Assembly: GCA_045803545.1 (NCBI GenBank)
Contig: JBJMOW010000004.1
Location: forward strand, 64,001 to 128,000
Direction: 5' to 3'
DNA length: 64,000 bases
Source of the DNA: Gemmatimonadaceae bacterium
GTDB taxonomy: Bacteria > Gemmatimonadota > Gemmatimonadetes > Gemmatimonadales > Gemmatimonadaceae
The notes beneath the pieces were generated by a model, which saw only the letters and a program-made list of their open reading frames with translations, was not told the origin of the DNA and made no database searches. The translations under genes were made by a program, and so were the position numbers. The first letter of the stretch is position 1; each line of letters starts with the position of its first letter. Positions 10,239 through 20,042 of the stretch are shown piece by piece.

Positions 10239-10976
10239 TTACGATTTGACTTTGATGAGCTTGCCGTTGACGCACTCATAGAAGTCGGGATTCCTGTCAG
10301 CAACTTGCTGGACCAGATCGTCAAAGACCTCAGTGAGTGAAACCGTCTTAGTCGCGTCTCCGACCTTGTACGTTGCTACGCTCGCGGCAAATGGCGATGC
10401 TCCCATGAGGAACAGATACAGCCGCTCGAATTGCTCGTCACGTCCAGCAGGGTCATTGCGATCAGTGAACAGTCGAAGCCTGCTGTGAGCATTAATAAAA
10501 GTCGGACGTCTTTTCGCTGTTCCGTCTGTCTCTGCGCCTTTGTCGAAAAACATGAAAGCGGCAAGAACGGCGTACGGGAAGCGGCGATGCAGTGTGACTG
10601 CTTCGATCAGCATGTCACCGCGACGATTGGTGAGGTTCTTCTGATAATTCTTTGAGCGCTTGTCTTTGAAAGAGATGGCCTTAATCGAAATGCCGAGGAG
10701 GAGTCCTGACACTTCGGTTGCCCACGTTACATCTACTTTCTTCGCGCCGATTCCTCCCGCCATTCTGCGCTCAGCGCCAGACCCTTCAAGCTCACCCGGA
10801 CCAGCGGGCCGTGCACCGTCGAGTCCGCGATTTCGCAGTTCTTCTGCGCACGCGAGTGCGATCTTCTCCGATAAGCGCTCGGAGTAACGCTTCTTTACTT
10901 CCCTCGATGAATCGTCTGGAGGTTTTTCGCCGACAGCCTTTAGCGCTGCCTCGAAGAGTTCGTCAATCGCGGCCAT
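10239..10976 (-). CDS. Putative type II restriction endonuclease (PD-(D/E)xK-like)
   Basis: KKVDV...GISIK pattern. Overlaps the 3' end of the MTase gene. Confidence 0.6.
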   Translation of the reverse strand: MAAIDELFEAALKAVGEKPPDDSSREVKKRYSERLSEKIALACAEELRNRGLDGARPAGPGELEGSGAERRMAGGIGAKKVDVTWATEVSGLLLGISIKAISFKDKRSKNYQKNLTNRRGDMLIEAVTLHRRFPYAVLAAFMFFDKGAETDGTAKRRPTFINAHSRLRLFTDRNDPAGRDEQFERLYLFLMGASPFAASVATYKVGDATKTVSLTEVFDDLVQQVADRNPDFYECVNGKLIKVKS

Positions 10977-12645
10977 TGGCTGACCTACTCCGCGCTTCGC
11001 GTCGCCCGAACAACACTTCTTTCGATTCGCGAAGCGAAGCGATTGCTTTGTAAGACAGACCGCAAGCCGCCGAGAGAATGACTCTGTCCACGAGCTTCAC
11101 AGCTTCGGACAGCTCCCCTCTTCCTAGCGCTTGATTCACCTGAGGACGTAGCGCTCGCAATTCGTCACCGAAAGCGAGCAGAATTTCAGGTGACGGAACA
11201 GGCAGCTTGTCGGCTTCAGTGGGTTCCAACTTCAGAAGGCCACCACCATACGCTCGACCGACCATCTCAGCGCCGAGCAACGTGAGACTGTTTATAGAAG
11301 CGAGTGGGAGAAGGTCCATACCGAGCTTTCGATAGTCCTGCCTGAGTGCGACGCCGTACAGAGAGTTCAGATAGCGTACTCGCGCCAAGTTGGTAGTGAG
11401 TCTAGGTCTCACATGATCCATGTACGTCAACAGAATATCAGGGACAGCTTTAACGGGAACTTTCCACCAAGGTTTGCGATTTCTGCACTTGTAAGCCTCG
11501 TGGACGTTCATCGTCTCGCCGAGTGCGATGTATTTCTCTGCTGCATCAGAGAGTTCGCCTTCGCCGGTTGGCGCGAAAAGGTAGACACTCGCTCCATGTT
11601 TGCCGAGTTCTTCCCAGCTCTTTTTGGTGAACGAGAGGCCGCGCAAATGCCGAGACCCCGGCGGCGAAATTCTTTGTAGCTCGTTGCGCCTGATGCCTAA
11701 CTTCTTCACCTCAGCAACCGTCAGCGTGAAGTAGGCATTGTTACCAGTGACAGAGCCGAGAGACGTGTCACCCCAATCCAGGAGAGTGCAGAAGCCATCA
11801 CCTGTAGCAGTGTCGCGGTATTGTTTGACCGCCTCCGTTGGAAGCAGAGCGGAAGTCCACTTACCGCCTTTATCTGGTGCGAACCAATTCCAATCGCCCG
11901 TCTCCACGCTGCCGAGTGCACTCAGATCGTACGCTTGCGACACCTCGAAGTGCGGGGCGGGTCCCTCGCCCTCAGCGAGGAGCAACACAACATCTTCGAG
12001 AACTTGCGGGAAGACTCGCGCTTCAAACATGACGAGACGAACAGACTTGAATCTCTTCAGCAGAAAGCGACGAACTTCGGCCGCGTAGTTGACCGTCAGC
12101 AGCTCGGCGGGAAGAACTAGTCCGAGTCTTCCACCGGGTTTGAGAAAGCAAGACGCGTGAACAACGAACGGAGCCCACGAGCTCGTGAGTCCGGTGAGGC
12201 GCACCCCCTGTGTCAGTGCGGCTTCCAACCCCTTGAGACGATTTTCGCCTGCGAAATCTTGGTAGCGTACATACGGCGGATTGCCGATCACAGCATCGTA
12301 GCGCGGAACAGGTTCGATGTCGAAGAAATCACCAACGTAAATCTCTGGACGATACCCAGCCTCACCCATGATTCGCTGAGCTTGTTCGACTGATTCCGGA
12401 TGAACGTCGACGCCGACGATCTGAGGCGGGAAAGGAAGCCCGTCTGCTCTGAGAGCTGAGAGGCGAGTTGCAGCGGGGAGAAGAAAAGCCGCTTCCCCGC
12501 ATGACGGTTCGAGCACGGCATCATCAGGACTTCGCACAGCCCAGTCCACTATGAACTGGGTCATGGCGGATGGCGTGAAGTACGCGCCTCTAGTTTTTCG
12601 TTGTGCGAGAGTATCAGCCACAGCGGGCCCTGGGTTGGTCGCCAT
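10963..12645 (-). CDS. N6-adenine DNA methyltransferase (gamma class)
   Basis: GAYFTP, LEPSCGEAAF, VIGNPPY and GGGLLKLEP motifs. Confidence 0.92.
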   Translation of the reverse strand: MATNPGPAVADTLAQRKTRGAYFTPSAMTQFIVDWAVRSPDDAVLEPSCGEAAFLLPAATRLSALRADGLPFPPQIVGVDVHPESVEQAQRIMGEAGYRPEIYVGDFFDIEPVPRYDAVIGNPPYVRYQDFAGENRLKGLEAALTQGVRLTGLTSSWAPFVVHASCFLKPGGRLGLVLPAELLTVNYAAEVRRFLLKRFKSVRLVMFEARVFPQVLEDVVLLLAEGEGPAPHFEVSQAYDLSALGSVETGDWNWFAPDKGGKWTSALLPTEAVKQYRDTATGDGFCTLLDWGDTSLGSVTGNNAYFTLTVAEVKKLGIRRNELQRISPPGSRHLRGLSFTKKSWEELGKHGASVYLFAPTGEGELSDAAEKYIALGETMNVHEAYKCRNRKPWWKVPVKAVPDILLTYMDHVRPRLTTNLARVRYLNSLYGVALRQDYRKLGMDLLPLASINSLTLLGAEMVGRAYGGGLLKLEPTEADKLPVPSPEILLAFGDELRALRPQVNQALGRGELSEAVKLVDRVILSAACGLSYKAIASLRESKEVLFGRREARSRSANGRD

Positions 12646-12720
12646 CGCGAAAGGAGGCAAGCGCTGCGGGAAACTTACGGTGCGCCTTCGGTTTAGCCAA
12701 TGCCTTTCTAGCTCAACAGT

Positions 12721-12954
12721 TCAGTCCGGTTCGGCCGAGGAGTCGCTAGCGATGCGGGCTCGAAGTGAGCGCGCATTCACAGCACAGAGAGCCATGCGAT
12801 ACGCAGCGAACAATTCATCTAGGCGCGTTCTTTCCGCGCGGGTCAGCACCGACGCCCCGTCGAGGTGCGCCAACAGCCTGTCGGTTTCAATGCCCGTGAC
12901 GATTGAGACGATGAGCGCTCCAGGTATCGACGTGAGCCAGGCGCATTCAGACAC
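12721..12954 (-). CDS. Small hypothetical protein
   Basis: GGAGG upstream of GTG. Fills the gap between cas1 and the MTase on the same strand. Confidence 0.45.
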   Translation of the reverse strand: MSECAWLTSIPGALIVSIVTGIETDRLLAHLDGASVLTRAERTRLDELFAAYRMALCAVNARSLRARIASDSSAEPD

Positions 12955-13036
12955 GACCCGCCTCCAGCGGAGTAAGTCGGGTAAACTGCACTAAGCAGCA
13001 GCATACTTCGCAACCTGATTGGCGCGACAATAATCA

Positions 13037-14611
13037 CTAGTCCGCAGGGTCGTTTTCTCTTTCAGAAATGAGACGCCTCAAAGAGTCCCAGTGACGGGGA
13101 TGCGGCGTTATCTCTCCACTTCTAATCTTCTTGCAGGAGCTTATGGACAGATGCGACGCGGCAGCTATTTCGCGAACGGGGACGCTCCTGATCGCTGGAA
13201 GTATTTCTGTTTTGAAAACCGCAGCTGTTGGGATGTCGCGATGCTTTGCTTCCCACGTGGCGTTCAGTGCGTTTTGAGCTACGGCGTGTTGTCGATGCTT
13301 CTCTCGAACCTGCGGGCTGCTTCGCTTGTCCTCGCCAATCGCACGAAGCATCGCTTGTGTTTCTACACCTTTTCTTGAAGCCCTAGCAGCGTGCTTTGGT
13401 AGACACGTGTCGCAATACGTGCGAGTACGCCGTTCCATTGCGACTCCGCAATCCGCACAGCGCTTGGTTAGTCCGCTAGACTGCTTTCCGACTGGCCGCT
13501 TCGCAGTCGGACGTCGTTGACGGTTTCGCTGGGTAAGCGGAGTTCGGTGGCGTCTAGTACCGATATTTTCTTCGGAATTGATTCGCGTGGGCGTAAGCGA
13601 CATCTGCGCGAAGTAAGCTGCGAGTCGTTCTGCCCATGGCGCGACGGCACGCGACCATTTTGTAGTAGTGACTGCGAGAGGGCGTGTAAGCTCTGGCATT
13701 AACCGACAATTCCCGTTTCGCAATTCGAAAAAGTCGCTGCGGGCAAACGTCTGCGAGTTTAGAAGTTCAAGAAGATGTAGATCGACGCTTGGCCGCGTTG
13801 GTTCCATCAAGTCGCAGGCAAACGAATCGCGTGGACTGACGTCCGCGTGTATGATGCCGATTGCAGGATCACAGCCAACCGCGATCGCGGCTAGCCGTGC
13901 CTCAGCTTCTAGAAGCGCGTAGAGATAATTCAGAATCGCATTTGCCGGTGACGCAGCTTTCCGAGGAGAAGCGCTTAGGACCGAGCGTCGCGTCCCAAAC
14001 GCCAGCCAATGTTGCGGCACGTAGCGCGCATCGCTCTTAGTGAAGCGCACGGGAATTGTTTCCCAGGCTTGCCAGTACGCGGCCGCAGCTCGGGATTCGA
14101 AAAATCTGATCTCTTCGAGAGAGGTTGCTGATTGAAGGCGATCATGGAACTGAGTGACCGCGGCCCGATTTTCTTTAACGCCTTCGATTACTTCGAGCAC
14201 GCGTAATTGGCCGCTCACTTTATGAGCGATCAGATCACGCAGGATCTGTAGCGCATCTGCGGAATACATTGCGACAGCCTGCCCGCGTCGCACGCGCGTG
14301 TCTCGAATCGCGTTCGGCGCTCCACTGGCGATGAGTTCACCGTCAGGACCGATTTGCACAAAGGCCGCATCTATCTCGTGCAGCCAACGGAGCGCTTCGA
14401 GCGTCACTGTACCAGAGTGTCCGACAACAATCAGTCTCCGGATGCCTGACGCAACGCGCGGAAAGCGACCGACGCGACGATGCGCGCCCGCGCCATCCTC
14501 CGTTACCAAGTGCCCTCGTTCTACGGCAACGCGAATTCCGTAACCGGAGAGAGCAAGAACGCCGCTTTCTGACGGCAGATTATTGATTGTTTCGAGCTTC
14601 TGTTGCTGCAT
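13037..14611 (-). CDS. cas1: Casposase: stand-alone Cas1 with C-terminal Zn ribbon and HTH
   Basis: Cas1 motifs LSGYG..V.VERGHL, GTVTLEALRWL, E(SRAAAAYW), NAILNYLY, GIIH, DLMEP. C-terminal CADC...CDTC and HTH. GGAG RBS before ATG 14611. Confidence 0.92.
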   Translation of the reverse strand: MQQQKLETINNLPSESGVLALSGYGIRVAVERGHLVTEDGAGAHRRVGRFPRVASGIRRLIVVGHSGTVTLEALRWLHEIDAAFVQIGPDGELIASGAPNAIRDTRVRRGQAVAMYSADALQILRDLIAHKVSGQLRVLEVIEGVKENRAAVTQFHDRLQSATSLEEIRFFESRAAAAYWQAWETIPVRFTKSDARYVPQHWLAFGTRRSVLSASPRKAASPANAILNYLYALLEAEARLAAIAVGCDPAIGIIHADVSPRDSFACDLMEPTRPSVDLHLLELLNSQTFARSDFFELRNGNCRLMPELTRPLAVTTTKWSRAVAPWAERLAAYFAQMSLTPTRINSEENIGTRRHRTPLTQRNRQRRPTAKRPVGKQSSGLTKRCADCGVAMERRTRTYCDTCLPKHAARASRKGVETQAMLRAIGEDKRSSPQVREKHRQHAVAQNALNATWEAKHRDIPTAAVFKTEILPAIRSVPVREIAAASHLSISSCKKIRSGEITPHPRHWDSLRRLISERENDPAD

Positions 14612-15464
14612 TGAGCAACTCCGGAATAATAGGAACGGTGATGAGGGCAAAAAGCATTTGCGACTCAATATCAGGGTGTACGGTGTGCTTACTAAGCAGA
14701 GCAACCAACGGCGCTTGATCCGCGCGCTCGGCGGAGATTCGTGGGAGGGCTTCGCCTATAGCCGCCGCAACTTCGAGGAGATCGAGAGGCGTTTTCTCAG
14801 CTACTTCGATAAAGTTCGCACGCGCCCATATCGTGGCGAACGAACGAAATGCAGAATCCCAGCTCGAAGAGTGAAAGAGCTGATCCAGCGTCTTTCGCTC
14901 TGATTGTAGCACTGGGGTGAATTCACCTTCGCCGAGTTTTGCGATCAAAACGGCGAGATTGCCGTAACGGTTCTTTGGGTATCGCCCGGGCTTATTCACA
15001 GCTCTCCGGACATCCCGTAAGAACGGACTTGATATAGCTCCGCTCGAATGATTGATCGCGTGCTCGACTAGTTGCGAATGTTCGGCGCCGGTACGTGTTC
15101 GTAGTCTGTCGAACTTGGTAGCTGCGCGCACGAGTGCAGCTCGAAGCATGGGCTCCGGAACTGTGTGACCTGCGCGCCAAAGAGCCCAAGCAGAATGCCC
15201 GAGTGGTATACGCAACGCGGAGACACGGTCGGCGCGTAGGCCAGAGACGCGAGCGATTATCCGCAGACGGTGCAAGACGGTTTGAGAGAATCGCGCGGCT
15301 TCCCATCCCGCAGCTCGGCCGCGTCCACGTCTTTTTGCGATTGGCGGCTCTAGGAGCCCTGCTTGCTGCCAACGCCGGAACTGATCGCGCGAAACGCGAA
15401 GCCCCTCCACTCGAAGGGCGGCCCGCATTTCCTCAATGGTAAGGGACTCCGGCTGAGCTTCCAC
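14580..15464 (-). CDS. Hypothetical protein, N-terminal winged-HTH-like region
   Basis: LTIEEMRAAL...VSRDQFRRWQQAGLL. Overlaps the cas1 start. Confidence 0.6.
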   Translation of the reverse strand: MEAQPESLTIEEMRAALRVEGLRVSRDQFRRWQQAGLLEPPIAKRRGRGRAAGWEAARFSQTVLHRLRIIARVSGLRADRVSALRIPLGHSAWALWRAGHTVPEPMLRAALVRAATKFDRLRTRTGAEHSQLVEHAINHSSGAISSPFLRDVRRAVNKPGRYPKNRYGNLAVLIAKLGEGEFTPVLQSERKTLDQLFHSSSWDSAFRSFATIWARANFIEVAEKTPLDLLEVAAAIGEALPRISAERADQAPLVALLSKHTVHPDIESQMLFALITVPIIPELLNAATEARNNQ

Positions 15465-15584
15465 GCTTTAATTTAGTACTGCGCGCCTAAGCCCGCAACA
15501 TTAAACTGCGCAAGTAGTTAGCCTCCTACCGCAAGCGGATGCAGCAGGCGTCCGTAGCAGTCTTGTTTCCACCCAGGAGGCCCC

Positions 15585-15782
15585 ATGACGACCTATCTCA
15601 CCTCGGCAGACGCCGCGAGGGTTCTCGATCTGTCGCCCAGCGCTGTACGGCTGATGGCGCGGCTCGGAACTCTCCGCGTCTCAGCTCGAACCGAAGGCGG
15701 TATTTCCCTTTTCCGACGCCAAGACGTCGAGCGATTAGCAGCTCGCCGAACACTTCTCCATCGCAATCAAGGGAGGAGCTAA
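15585..15782 (+). CDS. Excisionase/MerR-like HTH protein
   Basis: YLTSADAARVLDLSPSAVR...F...DVE. AGGAGG RBS. Confidence 0.85.
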   Translation: MTTYLTSADAARVLDLSPSAVRLMARLGTLRVSARTEGGISLFRRQDVERLAARRTLLHRNQGRS

Positions 15783-15786
15783 TCGG

Positions 15787-16092
15787 ATGCCGAAGCGCAA
15801 ACGGGGCACATCACGCCACCTCACCAAGGAGATGCGATTCCTGACTCCGCAGGGTGTGGTTGCGCTGCCGATTCGAAACTCACAATCCGCGTCAGATATC
15901 GGCGAGTACTGGAATGCAGTGAATCACTATCTCAAAACAGGCCGCTCAAATCGACTGAGACCGTTTCGAGGCAGAACGGTGCAAGCAGCAGGAGCGCAGC
16001 ACCGATTCGTCACTGATGAAGCGACGTTAGAACGATTGGCGAATGCTGGTGAAGTGCGCTTTGAAGACCTCTACGTACTCACCGGGCTCTGA
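15787..16092 (+). CDS. Small basic hypothetical protein
   Basis: GGAGG RBS. Lies in the operon between the HTH and HNH genes. Confidence 0.7.
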   Translation: MPKRKRGTSRHLTKEMRFLTPQGVVALPIRNSQSASDIGEYWNAVNHYLKTGRSNRLRPFRGRTVQAAGAQHRFVTDEATLERLANAGEVRFEDLYVLTGL

Positions 16093-16101
16093 GAGACGGA
16101 A

Positions 16102-16521
16102 ATGAAAACCAACTCAAATGCCGCGCGGAACGTCGCTCGGCGGGCAAGGAGAGCGAGAATGTTTCCGGCAAGTGCAGTATGCGCGTTGTGCGGATATGCC
16201 AACCCGGTAGCCCTGATAGCAGTAGACAAAACCCTTCTCGAAGAGCATCACGTTTTCGGCGCTGCTTTCGATGACGGTACGCGCATCCCATTGTGCCGCA
16301 ATTGTCACGCGGAAGTTACGGAGGGAATTCGTGCAACGGGCGCATCCATGCGCCCGCAGCCGTCGTTGTTTGAGAATCTCATACAGGCAACCAAGGCGCT
16401 TGAGGTTTATTACCGTGCTCAGGCAATTACGCACGGTCGCATCGCGCATGAACTGCAACGGCGAGTCGATACGCTCGACGCGCTATTTCCCGATTGGCGC
16501 TCCATCGAGGAGGAACTATGA
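16102..16521 (+). CDS. HNH endonuclease-like protein
   Basis: CALC...EEHH...LCRNCH. ATGA overlap with polB. Confidence 0.8.
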   Translation: MKTNSNAARNVARRARRARMFPASAVCALCGYANPVALIAVDKTLLEEHHVFGAAFDDGTRIPLCRNCHAEVTEGIRATGASMRPQPSLFENLIQATKALEVYYRAQAITHGRIAHELQRRVDTLDALFPDWRSIEEEL

Positions 16522-19500
16522 CCGCCGACCGCTTACCGATTGCGCTCAGAGCGTACGCCGAGCGCACTGACGTACCGCACAGAGGCGGTTCGCCACTCGC
16601 CCGCAAAGTTTGGCCCCAACAAATCCTTGTCTTCGACACAGAAACGACAGTTGACGCGTTACAACGCCTCACGTTCGGTAGCTATCGACATCTGGAACGT
16701 GGCGCCGATGGAAAAGCGACGCTACTCGAAGAAGGGCTTTTCTACGAAGACGCGTTGCCGAGGTCGGATCCGAACGGCTTCGCTGCGTTGCGAGCGTACG
16801 TTAAGCAGCATTCCGAATTGAAACTGTTTTCGAAGTCGGAGTTTCTTGGCGAGGTCTTTTACAGAGTCGCTTACCAAGCGCGCGGGTTAGTCGTTGGCTT
16901 CAATCTCCCATTTGATCTAACCAGGCTCGCCGCTACTTGGGGTGAGGGACGAGAAAAGTTCTACGGTGGTTTCTCGCTCGTACTGTGGCAGGCTTGGCAC
17001 CCAGAAAGAGAAGAGTGGATCGAAGATCCTTGGCGGCCTCGCGTTCTACTCAATCTCGTCAATAGCAAAATGGCATTTATCGAGTTCGGTACACCGATGG
17101 AACTCGATCCCCGAGACGCGGTTCGCGACGCAACGCAGCAAGTAGGCGCGAGAAAAAGGCCGTGGGCGTTTCGCGGAAATTTCTTGGACGTTAGAACGCT
17201 AGCGTTTGCGCTTACGGGCGAGTCGTACTCACTCGAAGGGGCATGCAAAGCGTTTAACGTCGAGCATGGAAAGACGGTAGCAGAGGAACACGGCAGGATT
17301 ACCGACGCCTACATCGAGTATAACCGTCGCGACGTACTTGCTACTAGCGAGCTACTAGAGCGGCTAAAACTCGAATTCGACACACACCCTATAGCTCTTA
17401 ACCCATGTAAGGCGTACTCACCCGCGAGTATCGGCAAGGCCTATGTACGGGCGTTGGGCGTTACATCCCCTGTTGTAAAGTTTGCCGATATACCGCGCGA
17501 ACTCCACGGAATCGCGATGAGCGCTTACTACGGTGGTAGAGCAGAGTGTCACATTAGAAAAGTACCGCTACCCGTAGTTCACACCGATTTCATCTCGATG
17601 TACCCGACTGTTTTTGCACTGCTCGGAATGTGGGCTTTAGTCACGGCCAAAAGTATCAGCGTTGAAAGGTGCACTGAGGAAGCACAACGCCAGCTCGATA
17701 CCGCAAGTACCGATGCCTACTTCCAGCAACATCTATGGCGCGACCTGAATTGGTTTGGTGAGATCGAACCTGATGGTGACATCGTTCCTGTTCGCGCTCA
17801 GTATGATCCTTCAAGTGATGCACTGAACATCGGCGTCAATCAGTTCTCTACGAGCCAACCATTTTGGTATGCTGGCCCCGATTTAGTAGCCTCGCTCCTA
17901 CTTACGGGTAAAGCTCCAAAGATCAAACGGGCAATTCGCCTAGTAGCGAACGGTCGGCAAGATGGACTCAAAGAAGTTCTGTTTTCGGGAAGCTTGCCCA
18001 TCGACGCGGCTACCGGCGACTTCATAAAGAACGTGATCGAAGAAAGAAAGCGCACTCAGCGCGGTACTGCCTTAACTCGCGAAGACCGCGACCGGATTGC
18101 GCGCACCCTTAAGCTCGTTGCGAATAGCACGAGCTACGGAATCTTCGCCGAGGTCAATCAGCAGGTACTTCCACTAGACACCGAGGCAGATGTAAGAATC
18201 TTCGCTTCGGGAAAGAGTTTCGACGCTAAGACTCGTCGTCCTGAAACGCCGGGCGAATTCTGTTTCCCGCCGTTTGCTGCACTCGTGACCGCAGCTGCGC
18301 GATTGATGCTAGCAATGCTCGAACGGACTGTGACGGACGCAGAAGGGACCTTTGCCTTCTGCGATACCGATTCGATGGCGATTGTGGCGACTGAAAATGG
18401 TGGTTCTGTCGCGGTACCTGGTGCGACTCGCCGACATCAGAACGGAGTGCGAGGAGTAAAGGCGCTTTCGTGGTCAGCCGTGAACGAGATTGTTCAGCGC
18501 TTCGAAGCGCTAAACCCGTATGAGCGATCAGTCATTCCCGGGTCCGTCCTCGAAATCAAGGATGTGAACTTCGATGATGAGCGAAAGCAACGGCAACTAT
18601 ATGTCTACGCAATCGCTTCAAAGCGGTACACGTTCTTTGCCAAAAACGGCGAGAAAAAAGTCCAGATCATTGAGCCTTCGGAGCACGGTCTCGGACATCT
18701 GATAAATCCGCTGACTGACGGAGGGCCTCGGCAATGGATCGAGGTGTTTTGGGAGTATATCGTGGCTGGCGCATTGGGCTTGCGGCCCGTGCGACCTTCC
18801 TTTCTACACGTACCCGCGTTGACGCGTATTACCGTCAGCTCACCGCATATTCTGCGACCGTTTGCGCAACAAGAGAAGGAATTACCGTTTAATGAGCGCA
18901 CTAGCCCAACGGTATTTCTTTTGAGCGCGAGCATCGCTCCGAATGGACATCCAGTTGGTGCCGACCCGGAACGCTTTCACCTGTTGGCACCGTACCAACG
19001 GGATTCAACTAAGTGGCTGGAAATGAAATGGACCGAGTTACACTCAGCTCATGATTATCCGGTAACAACGGAATTTCCGGCCCCGCCTTACGTGGCACAA
19101 GTTCGTTCATTCGCGGACGTGCTGACAGATTTTGTTATGCGACCCGAGCCTAAAAGTGCGTCCAGTTCTGGCGAGCTTTGTGAGAGAAAAACGCTCGGGT
19201 TATTGCAGCGTCGCGATGTCCGCGTTGCTTCGATCCATTGTGTTGGAAAGGAAACCAACCGACTCGAACCAGTACAACAGGGTTTGGTACATGATTGGAG
19301 CGAAGTCTATACGCTTTACCGCAATCCTGAATTGGATGCCTGGCGCAACGATATCTTGCCCGGCTTGAAACGGATTCGACGCAAAGCACTGAGCGAAGCA
19401 ACCGGCATTACTCGGCGCGCGATTCGTTCAATTCTTAATGGCTACAGCCTTCCGAGCCCAAGGACGCGAGAGAGATTGATAGCGACGCTCGAAACACAGG

Positions 19501-19541
19501 CTTCGCCAAGTATTGCAACTGGCGGTAACCGTCCGTTATGA
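16518..19541 (+). CDS. polB: Family B DNA polymerase with C-terminal HTH
   Basis: Exo I FDTET, Exo II GFNLPFD, Exo III YNRRD, YYGGR, motif A DFISMYP, motif B KLVANSTSYG, motif C CDTDS, KRY. GAGGAGG RBS. Confidence 0.93.
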   Translation: MTADRLPIALRAYAERTDVPHRGGSPLARKVWPQQILVFDTETTVDALQRLTFGSYRHLERGADGKATLLEEGLFYEDALPRSDPNGFAALRAYVKQHSELKLFSKSEFLGEVFYRVAYQARGLVVGFNLPFDLTRLAATWGEGREKFYGGFSLVLWQAWHPEREEWIEDPWRPRVLLNLVNSKMAFIEFGTPMELDPRDAVRDATQQVGARKRPWAFRGNFLDVRTLAFALTGESYSLEGACKAFNVEHGKTVAEEHGRITDAYIEYNRRDVLATSELLERLKLEFDTHPIALNPCKAYSPASIGKAYVRALGVTSPVVKFADIPRELHGIAMSAYYGGRAECHIRKVPLPVVHTDFISMYPTVFALLGMWALVTAKSISVERCTEEAQRQLDTASTDAYFQQHLWRDLNWFGEIEPDGDIVPVRAQYDPSSDALNIGVNQFSTSQPFWYAGPDLVASLLLTGKAPKIKRAIRLVANGRQDGLKEVLFSGSLPIDAATGDFIKNVIEERKRTQRGTALTREDRDRIARTLKLVANSTSYGIFAEVNQQVLPLDTEADVRIFASGKSFDAKTRRPETPGEFCFPPFAALVTAAARLMLAMLERTVTDAEGTFAFCDTDSMAIVATENGGSVAVPGATRRHQNGVRGVKALSWSAVNEIVQRFEALNPYERSVIPGSVLEIKDVNFDDERKQRQLYVYAIASKRYTFFAKNGEKKVQIIEPSEHGLGHLINPLTDGGPRQWIEVFWEYIVAGALGLRPVRPSFLHVPALTRITVSSPHILRPFAQQEKELPFNERTSPTVFLLSASIAPNGHPVGADPERFHLLAPYQRDSTKWLEMKWTELHSAHDYPVTTEFPAPPYVAQVRSFADVLTDFVMRPEPKSASSSGELCERKTLGLLQRRDVRVASIHCVGKETNRLEPVQQGLVHDWSEVYTLYRNPELDAWRNDILPGLKRIRRKALSEATGITRRAIRSILNGYSLPSPRTRERLIATLETQASPSIATGGNRPL

Positions 19542-19572
19542 CCACCCTACATTTAACTATGTGCCCACAAGC

Positions 19573-19956
19573 ATGATAAAGCTTCGACCGAAAACGGTGC
19601 GTGATGCGGTAGGACCTTTTGCTGGCGCTGTCCTACTGACGCTTTGGGCATTCTTCATATTCGACGCCAATTGGCTAGAGCGCATAATCCTCGCGATCAT
19701 TTTTGGGTTTTTCGCTCAAGCCATTGGACTGATCGCATACTTCACGGCGTCGTACTTTAGCGCTTGGCTGATGGGCGAAAAGCTTGACACCAAGTCAATC
19801 GACATCTACGACCATCGAGTCGCGGGTGCGTTGCTGCTCGCCGCATTCGTGTACGTATTAGGCCAGCATTGGCGAAGCAGTGCTCGCGACTCTATAGCTC
19901 GCTGTGTACGAGAGGAAACTCGCGTGAGCATTCGGGCAGTTCACCAACGCGGTTGA
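19573..19956 (+). CDS. Membrane protein (about 3 TM), 3' end possibly frameshifted
   Basis: Hydrophobic segments. ATG at 19573. Confidence 0.6.
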   Translation: MIKLRPKTVRDAVGPFAGAVLLTLWAFFIFDANWLERIILAIIFGFFAQAIGLIAYFTASYFSAWLMGEKLDTKSIDIYDHRVAGALLLAAFVYVLGQHWRSSARDSIARCVREETRVSIRAVHQRG

Positions 19957-20042
19957 CTTAGTCCAGTACTGCACCGATGAATACGGGCGCGAGGATTCCT
20001 CGCCGGACGACTGACATCATTCTGCGCTAGGCGCAGCCGTAC

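Noticed and set aside
12660..15585. CRISPR-Cas locus around cas1
   Set aside because: No repeat-spacer array, cas2 or effector genes are visible. The PolB, TIR and TSD context fits a casposon.
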